NCBI GenBank assembly: GCA_031763465.1
Contig: JARFOE010000080.1
Span: 9,557,159-9,594,073 of the forward strand
DNA length: 36,915 nucleotides
Origin: Squatina squatina
Taxonomy: Eukaryota
Direction of reading: 5' to 3'
Numbering within the stretch: the stretch's first letter is position 1; every line of letters begins with the position of its first letter. Position numbers and translations under genes: made by a program. The notes under the pieces were generated by a model, which did no database searches, had not been told where the DNA came from, and saw nothing but the letters and a program-made list of their open reading frames with translations. This document shows, piece after piece, positions 32,561 to 36,915 of the stretch.

Positions 32561-35500
32561 GGACTGCCAAAATCGGTGTGGATGCGGTGAGTGTCACGCT
32601 ACAACCAGGGCTCAAGTTTCGACAGCCTTTCCTCACTTCACCCCCTCTCCTCATGTCTCTGTGGACGAAGCACCAAATACAACTCAAGTCCCGACCAACA
32701 CAGTTCTGTTCCATTCATTCCTTCGCTGCCTCTGCTGATATGAGAGGGAAAGAATGATCTACTCTCAGACATTCATAAAGAGAGATCAGGGACCAGCCGG
32801 ACTGTTTTTTATTAACAGGGAGGGAACCAAATGTTTAGATTGAGGAGAAATCAAGTGCCTCCAGAGGAAACTTCTTTGATGCGAGAGGCATATAGTTGGC
32901 AGATAAAGACATCTGAAGTGTTAAATGGCAGTCATTTTGTACTGTTATAAATAATTTGTTATCCTTTCCAGCAATGTAGTTTGAACATATGTCTGGACTT
33001 TAATTTAAAAAGTAACAGTGCAGAAACAAAGATTAGCTGTCATTATCTCTGCTGTTGTTAAAAAGTCAGGTAATGGGTTGATAGTTTGGGCATCCTGCCC
33101 CATCTATCCTATTAAGCCAATTAGCAGCAATTTTCTACAACAGCAAAGGTTTCTGGATGAAGGGTGGTCACTATTAAGAGGTGAAAGGTGCAAACTATCT
33201 GTTAGTAACTCAGCTCCAGGTTAAACCTATAGCAAACTCAAGGACTGCGATTAACATTTTGCAACACTTTATTACCCGTGGGACTGCGCAATGTGCTATG
33301 GACTTTTTCATGTACAAAGCATAGCACAATTGTAACTTGTGCCATTTTTACATGTGCAGACATATATATCATTGGAAATCTGTTGTCTGCAGAAGATTCA
33401 CTGCTCTTTTTGTGTGAGACTGGCAGAATGTGGCAGTGACAGACTAAGAGAAGCAAAGACTGCATTAAACTTCAGCATCTCTAGGTTCAATGCCTTCTTA
33501 ATAGACGTAGGGCAGAGCTCATGGTACTGTATGACTCAGATTAATAATGCACCAGTGTTTCTTTACAAAGGAACATCATAATTAACTGAAAATTGTTCAC
33601 TGAAGATCATTTTGAAGAGCCAAGATAAAAATCTGCTCTGCATAAAATGACTTCATTCTCCATTTATGCAGGAGTTACATCATGCAGGAAATTATTAAAA
33701 TGACAACAGTATAATCTTAGTAAATGATAGCAGTAAACCTTTTAGTGCCTGGATCATTGCTGCGTTTCATTTGAGCCTTGTGTTTCAAGGAATCCATTTT
33801 AATCCAGTGAGTATTGAATACCCTTTGGAGTTTTCAAAACAAACATTTTGTCAAAATATTACATGTAAAAATGTAGCTGTACATGGTTCTTATACTGAAT
33901 ATGATTCTATAATAAGGTACCTAACAAAGGCACTTAGCTCTATGACAATGGTACCAGTCAGGCAGTTCGGGTGTGTATGGGGAGATGATCAGGAAAAGGC
34001 ACTTTGTGCACCACTGTTACATTTATAAAAGTAATTCCAGCTTTAGGGAAAAAGAAAAGGATCAGAATTCTGCATGGAAAATTGGAAGGGGGATTCTTAT
34101 CTGCACTGCTCCTGGCTTGGGAGTAGGCTATCAGTCTGGCCTCGTGGTTGCAGGCATTAGCCTAGGTGAACAAAGAAAAGGAGGGTAAAATACAAAAGTC
34201 AAAGAGTAATTTTCTCCGTTACTCATAAAAATAAAGTGAAAACAAAAGAAAGAGAATTTTAAAAAGGATACATCTACTTTTGTAAAATAGTCAAAAATGA
34301 CCCCCAAAAAATCAGCTATATGAAGGCCTAGCAAATGTCTAGATTTGTGTGTACAGTCTCATCCAATCTTCTGAGGTTCAGGTTGGGACCTGAGAAGTTT
34401 AATTTAAAGAAGTTAAAAGTCAGCGCATGCCAATTACTTGACCTCTAATTNNNNNNNNNNTGTGACCTTAGCTGGCAGCACGCAAGGCTTCTCTGATGGG
34501 GCAGCCCTTGTATGCATACCCTTGTATGTATTTTCTAAATACTGAGTGTGTCGTCTGAGGTTGAGAATAATGTGCTGCATTGTTCCGGAATGCCAAAGAT
34601 GATTTACAGAAATACAATTCTGGGACTTTGTCAAACGTCACAACTTTGTTGTATAACTGCTAATGCATATCAGACATAAAGCAAAATGATAATCATCAAA
34701 TTTAGCTTCATAAAGGGAGTAATATTACAGTTGTCATTTAAATTTCAAATTATATCAGAAAATCTACACTACAAAGAAGCCCACGAAGTACCCTTCTAAA
34801 AAAAAACTTATATATATATATATTTATATTTACTACGATTAAAATTGCATGTCAGCTCAGTATGCAGTAGCAACGATGGAGTTGAAAAAAATATATATAT
34901 AGAGAAAGAAAACAACAACAAAGACTTGTAAGTGATCCANNNNNNNNNNNNNNNNNNNNNNNNNNNNNNNNNNNNNNNNNNNNNNNNNNNNNNNNNNNNN
35001 NNNNNNNNNNNNNNNNNNNNNNNNNNNNNNNNNNNNNNNACAAAGAAAGCTGATAAAGTTGCTGACATTTGTCAAATAAATATAATTAACTCGTGCAGTT
35101 TATTTATTAACTTCATATTGTTCTCTGTTTTCAGCACTGGCAATCCAGGGTCCATCAGCTGGAAGGTAGTTGGGCCCGACCCAGATCTCCTCCATCAGTG
35201 CTATCAGTAACAGACGGCAAACAGTTAATGGGAGCTGCGTTTCTTGTGGGCCAAGATAATGGTGCCAATTTCTTCCTCCCCAAGATGAAGATTTCTGCCA
35301 TGGCATGGAATCCACTCCATGACCTGGACAACAACTGGCTAAAGTCCCTCCCAGCAATAAATAGCAGATGGCCTCAAATGACAGGAAGCCTTTGATTTAA
35401 ACTTACTGCCATCTGCTTGGAAGCAAGTACTCTTCTGTCAATACTTCAGCACTGTCAAAGTTCCACAGAGTTTTTTTTCATGCCAAGGTGAAATTTCAGA

Positions 35501-36034
35501 ATGACTGTACTATCTAATGAAAGCTCCAACCCTGATCGGGATACACAACTTTGTGTCTTTAAAGGGATAGACTGCAGTCAGCAACATAAAACTGCATCAC
35601 CTGGTTCAATGTTACATAATCTACCCTTTTAATCCAGCCTGCCTTCTTTGTACACCAACTCCTCCTTGATACTGAATTGTGCTGATCAATCTGTGCCAAA
35701 AATGAATTATCCTTTGAAATGTATTCACTTCTCTGTAATATTCTTTGTATCCCATGTTGACATATTGCATTTAGCATGCATTTTGTCTCTCACACAACAG
35801 TGCATTGCCAGCGCTGGCCAGACACTGCTTGTACTTGTGCAGGAATGAGCTGATTTCATCCAGGTAATTTGGCTATTTTTTTCTGCTGCTCTCAGCATTT
35901 CCAGTGTGGGGCCAAGGGGCAACGAGCCAGAGTTGGTATACCGGCAGAAGTGGCAGCGGTACACTGAGCAGAGGTGGCACAGGTGACACAGGAGCAGGAC
36001 AAACACCAGGACACAAATTTTAATGTGTTATTAT

Positions 36035-36245
36035 TATGTGAAACCTCTCTTCCAGCATCCGTTCCAATGCACTGCTCAGCTGCATTATTCACATTATGAG
36101 GAGGACCCNNNNNNNNNNNNNNNNNNNNNNNNNNNNNNNNNNNNNNNNNNNNNNNNNNNNNNNNNNNNNNNNNNNNNNNNNNNNNNNNNNNNNNNNNNNN
36201 NNNNNNNNTATAACCTTGACTTTGTGCAGGGATATCCAGAGGTGT
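36035..36245 (-). mobile_element. Possible Harbinger DDE transposase relic
   Basis: SGYPC before the gap and HN..AAEQCIG / MLEERF after it resemble the DDE_Tnp_4 motifs GDSGYP and N..H...R..IE..IG.LK.RF. Confidence 0.3.
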
Positions 36246-36915
36246 TGTATAGGTAGTTATTATGAGGAGGTTCTGGGTCATGGCAGTAATTATGATTAAA
36301 CACTTTCTGAATTTTAATTATGTACCAATTTCAGAATCTTTTCATGCAGATTTTTTTAACATATTAGCACAATCATCTGTCACTATTATTGCTATTGTTA
36401 CCTTAGTGCAGTCTATGTATGGGCAAGTAAGGTTGAAGAGTATGCATAGGATGTTGGTTCCCAACCGAACAGGAAAGCATTCAAAAATATAATTTAGTTC
36501 CTGATCATCATGGCTGTCTTGCGGAATAATTCAAAAGTGAACGAAAGTACAGAAATGAATAGGCATCAACAAGGTTTACGGGTACAAGTTTGTGTCATTT
36601 AAGATAATACATAATGTCATTGACTCATTACTTAGAGAAAGTAAAGCAGTCAAGTGAGCATGTAAAAAATTATTGAATAGTTACCCAAAGGGCATGTACT
36701 CAAATTGGTTATATTGAGCTTTGTTCATCTGGGAGTTGTAAAGTGAATAAGGCTTCTTCATGCCTCATTTATTTGTGAAAGCATGTTATTATATTGGCTT
36801 CATTATTAATAATTTAGAGAATATGAGCACAATTAGGACAGAATGCATTAAGAATGTCCCCTTTCTAACAAATCCTTTACAAATAGCCTCTCAATAAAAA
36901 TGTGTAGTCCTGTTT

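Noticed and set aside
33287-33333. Small hairpin gtgctatg..catagcac, pre-miRNA-like
   Set aside because: Stem of only about 17 bp with bulges, too short, and no match to a miRNA I recognise.
34808-34900. Short (TA)n runs
   Set aside because: Ordinary microsatellite-like low-complexity sequence.
1-36915. CRISPR arrays, rRNA/tRNA genes, operon-like or prokaryotic defence systems
   Set aside because: None seen. The window is eukaryotic; tRNA-like boxes belong to SINE heads, and the regularly spaced N blocks are assembly gaps.

Overview
Vertebrate genomic DNA, most likely a cartilaginous fish (inferred from the repeat content: CR1 LINE tails, DeuSINE/SacSINE1-like SINEs, Harbinger Myb remnants). 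The draft assembly has about 25 N-gaps, mostly exactly 100 N, so contig adjacency is not guaranteed. The only convincing host gene is a SLITRK6-like receptor on the + strand with a single coding exon (about 12039-14579). Its stop codon and part of its ectodomain are hidden in gaps. It has an upstream splice acceptor and a roughly 1.5 kb 3'UTR. The rest looks like gene desert filled with decayed mobile elements: CR1/L2 LINEs, SINEs, Harbinger pieces and MITEs, a pogo transposase 3' end, a Penelope-like palindrome with broken hammerhead cores, and a possible LTR/PBS remnant. I see no clear novel multi-gene system. The best leads are a 161-bp near-perfect hairpin at 3874-4034, an unexplained 172-codon ORF in AT-rich DNA, miR-17~92 seed clustering in the 3'UTR, and the ortholog-versus-paralog status of the SLITRK gene. 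Repeat family names come from recalled consensus sequences, not database searches.
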